A stretch of 64,000 nucleotides of DNA from an uncultured Armatimonadetes bacterium (GTDB taxonomy: Bacteria > Armatimonadota > UBA5829 > DTJY01). Of the stretch, positions 38,768-48,003 are shown piece after piece. Each line of letters opens with the position of its first letter. The first letter of the stretch is position 1. Below the pieces are notes generated by a model. That model was not told where the DNA came from, searched no databases, and saw only the letters and a program-made list of their open reading frames with translations. The stretch spans positions 3,328,001-3,392,000 of the forward strand of contig OY970325.1 of NCBI GenBank assembly GCA_963717145.1, in the 5' to 3' direction. The translations under genes were made by a program, and so were the position numbers.

Positions 38768-38835
38768 TGTCATTCTGAGCGAAGTGAAGAATCTGGCCGG
38801 TTACAGCCAGATTCTTCACTTCGCTCAGAATGACA
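38768..38835. repeat. Family J palindrome (TGTCATTCTGAGCGAAGTGAAGAATCT)
   Basis: Perfect arms; half-site TGTCATTCTGAGC near 37900. Confidence 0.88.
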
Positions 38836-38892
38836 AATATGCGCTTGCCGGTGCAAGCTCAGCAGTCTGCCTTTACCCGTGAGTCATTGGGG

Positions 38893-40515
38893 CTAAACAT
38901 TGCCCCTTCTGTCACCGAAGGAATGGACGCGGATCGCGGCGACCGGCTGGATCGGGCAGGCGCACTCGCAGAGCCCGCATCCCACGCACTTCTCCTCATC
39001 GACGAACGGCACCTTCCACCCATCGACGACCTTCCACACGATCGCCTTGTAGGAGCAGTATTCGTCGCACACGATGCACTGCTTGCCGGCGTTCCAGGCG
39101 ATGCACCGATCGCGGTGGACGACCGCCGTGCCGATGAAGATGTCCTTCTTGTCCTTGATCTTGAACGGCTCGATTGCGTCCGTAGGGCATACCTCGCCGC
39201 ACGCATTGCACTCCTGCGTGCAGGCCCCGATCTTCGGCACGAGGATCGGCGTCCAGATGCCTTCGATCCCGGCTTCGAACATCGCGGGCTGGACGCCGTT
39301 GGTCGGACAGGCCTTCATGCAGAGTCCGCATCGAGTACACTTGGCGACGAATTCGCTCTCAGGAACTGAGCCCGGCGGGCGAATCAGGTATTCACTGCCC
39401 AACTTCACGGACGAGCCGGCGACCGTCGGGAGCTTCCGGCCGGGATCGATCTTGGCGACGGTCACCAGTCCGAGGCCGACTCCCATCCCCTGGAGCACCC
39501 GGCGGCGCGACAGATCCAGCCTAATCTCCCTGTCGAGCACCGGTCTCGGTCGCATACGGAAGCAGATCGCGTCCTGCGGGCAGACCTCCACGCAGTCGAA
39601 GCATTCGATGCACTCCATCACGCGTGTCTGACGCGGGTTCTCGAGGATCGAGGCCATCTTGCAGTCGTGGACACACCTGCCGCAGTCGTTGCACTTGGGA
39701 CTGACCGCCCGCTTGAGCACAGGGATATGGGCCATCAACCCGAGCAGCGCGCCGAGCGGACAGAGGTTCCGGCACCAATACCGACGCGAGATGCTGTTCA
39801 GGCCGATGATCCCGGCGAAGACCGCAAGAACGAGGAACGCCTGACCGAAGTACATCTGTTCGTTCGTGATGAAATCCGAGCCGGCCATCCGGTCACTGAG
39901 CCACATGCCGGACGACGCGAGCGGTCCGAAGCTGCTCTGGGACAGCGAGTACACATGGTTGGACGCCCATCGGAGCGCCATCTGAACCGGTGCGATGAAG
40001 CCGATCACGACCGTGCGATGGAGAAGGCTGATCGGGTCGAGCAGGTAGACGTACTGCATGCTGAACAGGGCTGTAACCGCCAGTCCCGCAAGGATGTAGT
40101 ACTTGAGGCTGTGCAGCCCACGACCAAGTCGTTGGGGATGGAGTTGGACTCCGTCCCGCTGAGCTTGGCGGGGGATGGAGTCCAACTCCATCCCCAACGA
40201 CTTGGTCGCGGACCGCGTCCTGCGCTTGCGGTAGAACAGTCGGTCCGCGAGATCGAGAGTCGTCCCTAGCGGACAGATCCATCCGCAGAAGATGCGCCCG
40301 AGCACGAGGGTCATCCCGACGATGATGAGCGAGATCGCCATCCCGGGAATGATCTTCCGCGCGGCGAGCATCGCGGTACCGGCGATCAGCGGATCGAGCC
40401 GCAGGAGCAGGTCCGACGGGATGCGGTTCCACAGCGGATATGCGGTTTTTAGCACGAGGAACAGGAACAGCCCGAGGAATACTACCTGGCTGACCCGTCG
40501 GATGGTTCGTGTCAT
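38893..40515 (-). CDS. Membrane polyferredoxin (NapH/MauN-like plus NapG/MauM-like), with an in-frame palindromic insertion
   Basis: GRIFCGWICPLG, RYWCRNLCPLG, several CxxCxxC motifs, IRPPGS. Confidence 0.88.
   Translation of the reverse strand: MTRTIRRVSQVVFLGLFLFLVLKTAYPLWNRIPSDLLLRLDPLIAGTAMLAARKIIPGMAISLIIVGMTLVLGRIFCGWICPLGTTLDLADRLFYRKRRTRSATKSLGMELDSIPRQAQRDGVQLHPQRLGRGLHSLKYYILAGLAVTALFSMQYVYLLDPISLLHRTVVIGFIAPVQMALRWASNHVYSLSQSSFGPLASSGMWLSDRMAGSDFITNEQMYFGQAFLVLAVFAGIIGLNSISRRYWCRNLCPLGALLGLMAHIPVLKRAVSPKCNDCGRCVHDCKMASILENPRQTRVMECIECFDCVEVCPQDAICFRMRPRPVLDREIRLDLSRRRVLQGMGVGLGLVTVAKIDPGRKLPTVAGSSVKLGSEYLIRPPGSVPESEFVAKCTRCGLCMKACPTNGVQPAMFEAGIEGIWTPILVPKIGACTQECNACGEVCPTDAIEPFKIKDKKDIFIGTAVVHRDRCIAWNAGKQCIVCDEYCSYKAIVWKVVDGWKVPFVDEEKCVGCGLCECACPIQPVAAIRVHSFGDRRGNV
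40121..40208. repeat. Family D-related palindrome inside the polyferredoxin gene
   Basis: 37 bp arms with one mismatch; core GGAGTTGGACTCC. Confidence 0.85.
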
Positions 40516-40527
40516 GGCGAAAAACCG

Positions 40528-40601
40528 TGTGGGAGTATGGGGGTATGGGAGTGTGGGAGCAAAGCCGCCCCCACACTCCCATACCCCCATACTCCCATAC
40601 T
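40528..40601. repeat. Family G octamer inverted array
   Basis: (GGG(A/G)GT(A/G)T)n ... (ACTCCC(A/C))n. Confidence 0.85.
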
Positions 40602-40604
40602 CTC

Positions 40605-41522
40605 CTACACTTTCTTCTGCGTGACCTTTGCGAGGTCGATCTGGCCGAGGCCGAGCTTCGATGCGGCAACTATGTGCCCCACGCGCTTCGGGTCCTTCCC
40701 GAGCAGCTTGCACGCATAGGCGTCGATCGCCACAGGATCGGTCGATGCGACGATGTGGCCGACGTCCTTCGTTTCGCCGGGGCCTTTCGGGCCGCGGGTC
40801 ATCAGCACCCGGATACCGTCGAGGATGATCAGGTCGGCCTTCACCGCCGATGCGTAGTCGGCGATGCACTGATCGAGTCCCTTGCGGTGCCAGTTCTGGC
40901 GGTCCCAGTTCAGGCCCATCAGGTTCTTCATGCTCGCGGTCATACCGGTCGAGCCGTGAACCTTCGCGATGGGAACGTTGATGAAGCAGTCGGCGTCGAG
41001 GACCTCCCGCATGCACTCATCCGCCTTCAAGAGCTTGCCCTTCGGGATCGAGACGCGCTTGTACCCCGTCCTGTTGTGGCCGGACACCAATCTGGCCTTG
41101 GTGGCGGCGCAGACTTTCTTGACGCCGCTCAGTTCGAACGCCGTCTGCCAGTCATCGCACGTGTGATCCACAATCGTGATGCGGCTTGCGCCGGCCTGCT
41201 TGCAGAGCTTGATGACGGCTGTCAGGACCTCGGGATTCGTATTCGCCGCCTGCCCGGGACTGCGCGCCCAGGCGATATTCGGCTTGATGGCGACGGAACT
41301 GCCCTTCTTGACGAACTTGCCCATCCCGCCGAGACCGTCGACCGCCTTCTTGACCCTGGCCTCGATGCTTCCGTTCCAGGCGATCGTCATGATCGGTCCG
41401 GCGGCCTCGGCTTCCTCGAGGAAGCCGAGCATCTCGTCGCCGACGAGCGTCAGTCCGTATGTCGCCGCACTTACTATGCCTGCCCGCCGCAGAAACTCGC
41501 GCCGGGTGAACTTGTCTGTCAT
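40605..41522 (-). CDS. DUF362 family protein with Tat signal
   Basis: TRREFL, VAIKPNI, ANTNP, INVPIAKVH, MKNLMG, DPVAID. Confidence 0.88.
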   Translation of the reverse strand: MTDKFTRREFLRRAGIVSAATYGLTLVGDEMLGFLEEAEAAGPIMTIAWNGSIEARVKKAVDGLGGMGKFVKKGSSVAIKPNIAWARSPGQAANTNPEVLTAVIKLCKQAGASRITIVDHTCDDWQTAFELSGVKKVCAATKARLVSGHNRTGYKRVSIPKGKLLKADECMREVLDADCFINVPIAKVHGSTGMTASMKNLMGLNWDRQNWHRKGLDQCIADYASAVKADLIILDGIRVLMTRGPKGPGETKDVGHIVASTDPVAIDAYACKLLGKDPKRVGHIVAASKLGLGQIDLAKVTQKKV

Positions 41523-41539
41523 TGTAACCTCCTGGGGGA

Positions 41540-41613
41540 GAGTATGGGAGTGTGGGAGTATGGGAGTGTCGGAGTCCGAACTCCCATACTCCCATACTCC
41601 CACACCCCCATAC
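41540..41613. repeat. Family G octamer inverted array
   Basis: Same units as 24786-24860. Confidence 0.85.
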
Positions 41614-41619
41614 TCCGCT

Positions 41620-42666
41620 CTACACTGTCCTTCGGATGATCTCCATCTTCGCGGGATCGTTCGTGCCGAGGCCGAGCGATGCCGCGGTCTCGATGAACTT
41701 GGTCGGCCGGCCGGATTCCGCAAACGGCTTGAGGCCGAAAACCTTGCGCTGTTCTTCGATGATCTGCCAGCCCTGGTAGTCCATGGTCACCGGATCGGCG
41801 CTGATCAGGATCGAGCGGTGCTCCCAGGCATACTGCGCGTTGTATCCGGGACCGCCCTGCGCGATCGGCTTGAGCGCATCAGTGACGATCAGCCGAGTCT
41901 TATCCTTGATCGCCGGGATCGAGTTCAACTCGGCGAGAAACGGGTCGCAGTTGTTGCCATGGTGAGCGCTCGGGTTATGATGCGAACCATAGTGGTTCTT
42001 CATCGCGCAGGTGACGCCCGATATGCTGTGGTCCTTGAGGATCGGCACATTGATGAGAGCGGTGATCTTCTCGGTCAGGATCCTGCTCAGCTTGCCGTTG
42101 AAGCTGCCCTTGCTGGTCGGCTCGGGCTCATACTCGCCTTCGGTACCGTAGCACGCGACGCCTTCGCCGGTGCGATTGATCACGAATCCGGCCTGGGTCA
42201 ACTCGCGATCGTTCCTGTCCCAGACGATGATGTTCTCCTCCTTGACACCGGCCAGCTTGAGGCCCGCGATGATGGAGGCGACTACCTCGGGATGCGTCGA
42301 TGCGTTGACCCGAAAGAGGCCGTTGATCTTGATCCCGACGACATCCGCCGGTTTGAAGAGCTTCTTCCACGCCGCCGCCTCGGACGACGCACCGGTGAAT
42401 GCCCTCATGCCACTGGCGACCATGGAGTTCAGCACCGACTGATCGACGGCCGGGTCCACCTCGCCGACTGATGCCATCCCGAGCTTCGAGACCGTCTTGG
42501 CGTTAGTTGCCGGATCGACCAGGACCTTGTCACCCCTGACTATCACCAGGCGAGACCTGCCGTCCGTGGCTGCGAGCGCGTCGAGCGAGAGTATGCCCGC
42601 TCCATATATCCCGGCGCCGGTCACCGCCGCGCCCTTGATGAACTCACGTCTGCTAAGCTTTGTCAT
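41620..42666 (-). CDS. DUF362 family protein with Tat signal
   Basis: SRREFI, VGIKIN, INVPILKDH, MKNHYG, DPVTMD. Confidence 0.85.
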   Translation of the reverse strand: MTKLSRREFIKGAAVTGAGIYGAGILSLDALAATDGRSRLVIVRGDKVLVDPATNAKTVSKLGMASVGEVDPAVDQSVLNSMVASGMRAFTGASSEAAAWKKLFKPADVVGIKINGLFRVNASTHPEVVASIIAGLKLAGVKEENIIVWDRNDRELTQAGFVINRTGEGVACYGTEGEYEPEPTSKGSFNGKLSRILTEKITALINVPILKDHSISGVTCAMKNHYGSHHNPSAHHGNNCDPFLAELNSIPAIKDKTRLIVTDALKPIAQGGPGYNAQYAWEHRSILISADPVTMDYQGWQIIEEQRKVFGLKPFAESGRPTKFIETAASLGLGTNDPAKMEIIRRTV

Positions 42667-42766
42667 ACCTGCTCCTTGATGCTTGACGCCGGAAACCGAG
42701 TAGTGGTTTCCGGATTCTCTATCGATGAACTTCGGGGGAGGAAGGCAGGAACTATGAACGGTGAAA

Positions 42767-43183
42767 CTACTCCAGTATCTCCTCGGGCGCAAACCAGATG
42801 GCGATCTCCGTCTGCGCGCTTTCGGGGGAGTCGGATCCGTGCACCAGGTTCTCGCCGGTGCTGAGCGTGAAATCGCCGCGGATCGTGCCGGGGGCAGCCT
42901 GCAGGGGATCGAGCGCGCCCATCATTCGGCGTACGTGGGCGATCGACTCGTCGCCCGCGATCACCATCGCGACGATGGGGCCGGACGACATGAACTCCAC
43001 GACGCCTTCGAAGAACGGCTTGCCTCGGTGGACCTCATAGTGCTTCTCCACCAGTTGCCTCGACGGCTTGAGGACCTTGAGGGCTCTTATCTCGAGGGTG
43101 CGGCTCTCGAACCTGCGAATTATCTCACCGATCAGGCCGCGCTTGACCGCATCCGGCTTGATCAGCACCAACGTCTGTTGCAT
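42767..43183 (-). CDS. ndk: Nucleoside diphosphate kinase
   Basis: TLVLIKPDAV, PGTIRGDF, NLVHGSDS. Confidence 0.97.
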   Translation of the reverse strand: MQQTLVLIKPDAVKRGLIGEIIRRFESRTLEIRALKVLKPSRQLVEKHYEVHRGKPFFEGVVEFMSSGPIVAMVIAGDESIAHVRRMMGALDPLQAAPGTIRGDFTLSTGENLVHGSDSPESAQTEIAIWFAPEEILE

Positions 43184-43189
43184 GCGTAC

Positions 43190-43218
43190 AGTATAACAAA
43201 GCGGCATTGGGGTGTCAA
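43190..43218 (-). promoter_or_regulatory. Sigma70-type promoter giving a probably leaderless ndk mRNA
   Basis: TTGACA-N17-TATACT, 6 nt before the ATG, no SD. Confidence 0.75.
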
Positions 43219-43244
43219 CGTATTATGCGCCCTTGGAGTGCCGG

Positions 43245-43341
43245 CGGGAGGGCGAGGCTCCGTCCGAGCCGGGATGCTTCGGCAGCAGAGCACAGTGGCG
43301 CTGCCGAAGCATCCCGGCTCGGACGGAGCCTCGCCCTCCCG
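43245..43341. repeat. Family A palindrome with a family K unit nested in its loop
   Basis: Outer arms match 1186-1251; inner GATGCTTCGGCAGC...GCTGCCGAAGCATC matches 34146-34250. Confidence 0.85.
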
Positions 43342-43425
43342 TTGCCATGCCGAGCATCCATCAAGCTGATCACTAGGCAGAGGAAGATGCGCATGTAAAA
43401 TATTATAAAAGTTTTCCTTGCGTAA

Positions 43426-43451
43426 GTTTGGAAACTCGACAGTAGGGGTAA
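43426..43451 (+). promoter_or_regulatory. SigB/SigF-type promoter candidate of the structured RNA
   Basis: GTTT-N16-GGGTAA downstream of an AT-rich tract. Confidence 0.5.
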
Positions 43452-43727
43452 AAGAGAGACGGCAGGGACATGGAAGTCGGCTGACTATAGGACGACTCCG
43501 AACGGGTTAAACCTGAAATGCCGCAGTCAGCCGACTTCCAACCAAAGTGTAGCCGGGAGGCGGGTAGGGCTTGAGGCCGCCCAGTCCCCGAGCGAGTATC
43601 GATCTTCGGACACGCGGCAAGCGTCTCTGGGTGTGACGCTGTGACCCGAAGGTCAAAGGCTTCCGGTAAAGGACTACATGTGGGGTGTGATCCTTATGCC
43701 GGTAAGCGAAAGGCTTGCTCTGGAGAT

Positions 43728-43756
43728 TTGCCCTACATACTGCCTTCTGCTATAAT
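43728..43756 (+). promoter_or_regulatory. Sigma70-type promoter of the amidase gene
   Basis: TTGCCC-N17-TATAAT with extended TG. Confidence 0.65.
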
Positions 43757-43785
43757 GAGGCCGGGCTCACCCCCGGCCTCATTTG
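43754..43785 (+). terminator. Terminator-like hairpin
   Basis: AATGAGGCCGGG...CCCGGCCTCATTT; short U tail. Confidence 0.55.
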
Positions 43786-43816
43786 CATGTATACCGTGAA
43801 TCTCGGGAGAAACACC

Positions 43817-45832
43817 ATGAAACCCGTCACTGCCATTCTTCTCTCCGCTGCCGTCCTCGCGCTCGCTCTCTCATCGCTTCTTGCGGATTCCGGCAAGCGC
43901 ATCCCTGCTCCCAACATAGTCCCAAAGGACCAGTGGGGATCCATGAAAGAGGGTGACCGCTACCAGGACAAGATCTTCGACCCGTATTCCCAGGGTGCCC
44001 TGGGCGATCCGTTGGCGATCACCATCCATCACACCTACCGTCCGGCCGGAGCGAATCCGCCGGACCCCGAGGAGGACAAGAAGAAGCTCCAGGAGATCCA
44101 GAACTTCCACGTCGGCAAGGGATGGGGAGACGTCGGCTATCACCTGCTCATCGGCAGCGACGGCACCGTCTACCAGGGACGTCCGCTCGGCTGGATGGGC
44201 ACACACGCGCCCCCGAATACGTCGAACATCGGCGTGAACGTCATCGGCGACTTCCAGGAGTCGGAGTACCCCTCGGCGGCCCAGCTCGAGGGGCTGACGG
44301 GGCTCGTCACCTGGCTGTGCAACAAGTATGACATCGATCCGGCGGGCAAGGCAGTGATATTCGAGCAGACCGGCCCTGCGGTGGGCGGCCACAGGGACTG
44401 GAATCCGACCCTCTGCCCCGGAGACAGGCTCTATGCCCTCCTGGCCGACGTGCGGACACGCGCCCGAGCGAACCTCCTTGCAGGGCATTCTCCATATGAC
44501 GCGCGCCCGTCCGTGCTCCAGTACTTCCCCCGAGTCCTGCTCGCCGGGCAACCATACGACCTGGCCCTGTACATGAGGAATGTAGGCTACGTGCCGTGGT
44601 CTCACCTCAACAAGATTGGGATCGAGTCCCTTTCACCGAGTCTGGTCACCATCGCCGAACCGCTGCTGAAAGAGGGCGAGGCGGTCGAGACCCTGGCAAA
44701 CAGGCCGTGGCAGATACACATCCAATCGCCGGAAACCACGGGCGTTCAGCGCCTGGCGGTCAGCATGACCGAGGCACATGGCCGCTTCGGAGATGAGATC
44801 GCGTGGGACGCGGACGTTCTCGCCCCTGATGCGTTCATCTCCGAGTGGCTTACCTCGGGTCACTTCGAGATGAAGGCGGCGGACGGAACCGCTGCTGGGG
44901 CCGATGCGCTTATCGCAAAGGACTTCTTTGCCGGCCAACCGCTCGACGTGATGGATACGATGGATGAGGTGAGCGAGAAGGCCCATGGATATGCCGTCAA
45001 GGACGAGTACACAAGCGGCGAGCGGAACTTCCGCGGCCCGGATGGCGAGCGGGTGAAGGACAGCGGTCGGTACTTCTACGGCGAGGAAAGCCTCAAGCTT
45101 TGCCTCGGCGACCACCGGGACGGCGACCTGATCCTCCGCCGGTTGATCGATGCCGGCGACAGAGATCAGCGCGCGGCGATCACGGTCGACGGCAGGTGGC
45201 AGACGGTTTGGAAGCATCCCGGCGCGGAGCGATACCGCCTCTGGAAGGAAGTCGACACCATCATCCCGTCCTACCTTCTTGCGCACAAGCAGGCCATTGA
45301 TGTGAATCTGAAGTCGCTTGGCACGGTGCAGTACGGCTGCAACTCGTTCAGATACGCCCTGCTCGATTCCGGCGAGCCGCTCACAGCGCCGAGGCTCGGC
45401 GACAAGTTCACGGGCGGCGACTGGCAGCAGTGGAAGTCGCACGACGGACTGACCGACCTTTCAACGGCGTTCCCCGGCAACACGAGTGGAGCGGTCTACC
45501 TGGCGGCATACGTGAAATCGCCTAAGACGCAACTCGCCGAGATTCGGACGGGATGCACGGCGCGGATGAAGGCGTGGGTGAACGGCGAACTCGATGTGAC
45601 CGGCCGTGGTGGGAAGCCGAGCTTCCCGGATACCGAGACGGGATCCATTCTGTTGAAGAACGGCTGGAACCGCATACTGGTCAAGGTTGCCCTCGAACCC
45701 GGCATCAAGGACCTCTACGTGCGACTCTGCGACCGCCAGGGGAAGCCGATCCCCGGCCTGAGGGTTTCTCTCGATCCGACTGACAAGAGTGACGCAAAGC
45801 CTGAAGACATCCGAACGGCGAGGAATGGTTGA
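43817..45832 (+). CDS. Secreted multidomain N-acetylmuramoyl-L-alanine amidase (PGRP/Amidase_2-like)
   Basis: Signal peptide; ITIHHT, GWGDVGYHLLI..DGTVYQGR, GHRD..PTLCPG; Ig-like and beta-sandwich domains follow. Confidence 0.85.
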   Translation: MKPVTAILLSAAVLALALSSLLADSGKRIPAPNIVPKDQWGSMKEGDRYQDKIFDPYSQGALGDPLAITIHHTYRPAGANPPDPEEDKKKLQEIQNFHVGKGWGDVGYHLLIGSDGTVYQGRPLGWMGTHAPPNTSNIGVNVIGDFQESEYPSAAQLEGLTGLVTWLCNKYDIDPAGKAVIFEQTGPAVGGHRDWNPTLCPGDRLYALLADVRTRARANLLAGHSPYDARPSVLQYFPRVLLAGQPYDLALYMRNVGYVPWSHLNKIGIESLSPSLVTIAEPLLKEGEAVETLANRPWQIHIQSPETTGVQRLAVSMTEAHGRFGDEIAWDADVLAPDAFISEWLTSGHFEMKAADGTAAGADALIAKDFFAGQPLDVMDTMDEVSEKAHGYAVKDEYTSGERNFRGPDGERVKDSGRYFYGEESLKLCLGDHRDGDLILRRLIDAGDRDQRAAITVDGRWQTVWKHPGAERYRLWKEVDTIIPSYLLAHKQAIDVNLKSLGTVQYGCNSFRYALLDSGEPLTAPRLGDKFTGGDWQQWKSHDGLTDLSTAFPGNTSGAVYLAAYVKSPKTQLAEIRTGCTARMKAWVNGELDVTGRGGKPSFPDTETGSILLKNGWNRILVKVALEPGIKDLYVRLCDRQGKPIPGLRVSLDPTDKSDAKPEDIRTARNG

Positions 45833-45861
45833 TCAACCATAGACCATTCTGCCATCCGCCC

Positions 45862-47840
45862 ATGAACCATAAACCATCAACCATCAGCCATTCTCCCATC
45901 AGCAATCGCGTGACCGTGCGCGCTGTCATCCTGGCGCTGATTCTGGCCGTTTTCAACGACTACTGGGTTGTGCAGCTCGAGGTCGTCAGGATCTCTTATC
46001 CCACCTACGCCGCTCCCTTCTACAACTGCATCTTCACTCTCCTGGTGCTCACGACCGCCAACCTGCTCGTTCGAAGCAAGTGGCCCCGACTCGCGCTCAG
46101 CCGGATCGAGCTGCTCACGATCTACGTGATGCTCTCGATCACGAGCGGCGTCTGCTCGCACCTGTTCCTGATGCCACTGGTATCGGCCATGGGGTACGCG
46201 TTCTTCTTCCGCACGCCGGAGAACGGCTGGGACAAGCTGTTCGTCGAACGCCTGCCGAAGTGGCTGACCGTAAGCGATCCCGTGAGCCTGAAGAACTTCT
46301 ACTACGGCAACTCCACGCTTTACGACCCGGTCAACTTCATGCCGTGGGTCATCCCGGTGATCGCGTGGTCGGCGTTCGCAGCCGTCCTGCTCTTCACCAT
46401 GCTCTGCATCAACAGCATCCTCAGGAAGCAGTGGGTCGAGGCCGAGCGGCTGACGTTCCCGATCATCATGCTCCCGCTCGAGATGACCGAGGAGTCCGGA
46501 TCGCTCTTCAAGAGCCGTCTGATGTGGCTCGGGTTTGCGATCTCCGGCTCGATCACAATGCTGGCGGCGCTCAACTACCTCTACCCGTCGATCCCCCACC
46601 TGCGGATCACGCGCATAGACATCGGGAAGTACGTGACCACTCCGCCGTGGAACGCGATTGGAAGCATCCCGCTGGCATTCTACTTCTGGGCGATCGGCCT
46701 TTCGTTCCTGATGCCGCTCGAGCTGTCGTTCTCCTGTTGGTTGTTCTTCTGGATGACCAGGCTGGAGATGGTTGCGAGCAGAATGATCGGGCTGCATGAG
46801 CTTCAGGTCGTCGGAGGCGGCTTCGACCGGGCGTTCCCGTTCCTGCAATCCCAGGCATACGGGGCCTACTTCGGCTTCTTCGTGATGAGCATGTGGGCCG
46901 GGCGGCACTACCTCAGGCGGGTGTTCCGGACGGCCTTCCTTGGCACGAAGGAGGAGGACGAATCGCGGGAGGCGATGAGCTACAGATCGGCGATACTGGG
47001 AGCGGTCGGCGGGATGCTGTTCCTGAGCGCTTTCGCGGTCAAAATGGGGATGTCGCCGTTTGTTGTGGCTCTCTTCTTCGTACTCTACTTCATCCTCGCG
47101 GTCATCAGCAGCCGGGTCCGCGCCGAGTTGGGCTTCCCGGTGGTCGATCTGTACCCCATGGGCCCGCAGTACTTCATGACGACCGCCGCCGGGACTCAGA
47201 ACCTCGACGCGCAGAACCTGGTCGGGTTCGCGCAGTTCACCTGGTTCAACAAGAGCTATGCGAGCCACCCCGCGCCGCACCAGATGGAAGCGTTCAAGCT
47301 CTCGGAGCGCACCGGTTCGACCGCCAGGCAGATGCATATCGCGCTCATGGTTGCGGGGGTCCTGGCGATGCCGCTGGGGTTCTGGATGCTGCTTCACATG
47401 TACTTCGGCAACGGAGCCGCGACCGCCAACGTCGAGCTTTACTCGCTCCTGCACGGAAATCAGACCTACAACCAGCTCGCGGGATGGCTCAAGCAGCCTC
47501 AGCCGCCGAACAAGATCGGGATGCTCTTCGTCGGCGGGGGTTCCTGGTCTCGATGGCGATGGGATGGATGCGTCTGCGGTTCATATCGTTCCCGTTCCAT
47601 CCGCTCGCCTATGCGCTCGCCCCGTGCTGGGGAGTGGCACAACTCTGGATGCCGCTCTTCATCGGAAGCACCGCGAAGTTCCTGATCCTGCGGTTCGGCG
47701 GACTGCGCATGTACCGCCAGGGACTGCCGTTCGTCTTCGGCCTGATCCTCGGCGAGATCGCGGTCGGGAGCATCTGGACGATCATCGGGATCGTGTGGGG
47801 CGTCCCGACCTATGACTTCTGGCCGGGGAAGTATGGATAA
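45862..47840 (+). CDS. DUF6785/DUF6784-like multi-pass membrane protein (putative transporter); one frameshift near 47538
   Basis: ELLTIY, RKQWVEAERLTFP, RVRAELG, FPFHPLAY, ILRFGG, GLILGE; break at a G run; start uncertain. Confidence 0.8.
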
Positions 47841-47844
47841 CCTC

Positions 47845-47990
47845 GGAGTGATGGAGTAATGGAGTGGTGGAGTATTGGGCCAAGAGGAACGAAATGTGGC
47901 CGGTTGTTTGACCAATGAGCTGCTGATCGTGTAGAATGATGCCTCGGAGAATGGAGCCCAACACTCCAATACTCCATCACTCCATTACCC
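47845..47990. repeat. Inverted octamer array, family M (TGGAGT..), enclosing a promoter candidate
   Basis: GGAGTGATGGAGTAATGGAGTGGTGGAGTATTGGG ... CCCAACACTCCAATACTCCATCACTCCATTACCC; TTGACC-N18-TAGAAT at 47908-47937. Confidence 0.8.
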
Positions 47991-48003
47991 CATAGGTTTT
48001 GCC

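Larger units (their letters stand above)
43455..43785 (+). ncRNA. Candidate structured non-coding RNA, family unassigned
   Basis: No ORF in the track; 16 bp perfect stem 43471-43486/43525-43540, two more multi-stem domains with G-U pairs, a cUUCGg loop, closing stem GGCAG/CTGCC and a 3' hairpin. Confidence 0.65.

Noticed and set aside
40516-41016. N-terminal extensions with GSMGVWEC / PYSHTP peptides in ORF calls (also birA, DUF362 and 52561-52701)
   Set aside because: Translations of intergenic octamer repeats upstream of better-supported start codons
43476-43535. Hammerhead ribozyme in domain 1 of the candidate RNA
   Set aside because: CTGACTA does not match CUGANGA, and stem III after GAAA cannot form
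47530-47545. Phase variation or programmed frameshift at a G run (also the C run near 465 and hpf near 54728)
   Set aside because: Runs are at most 5 nt and single-base losses are common in this assembly
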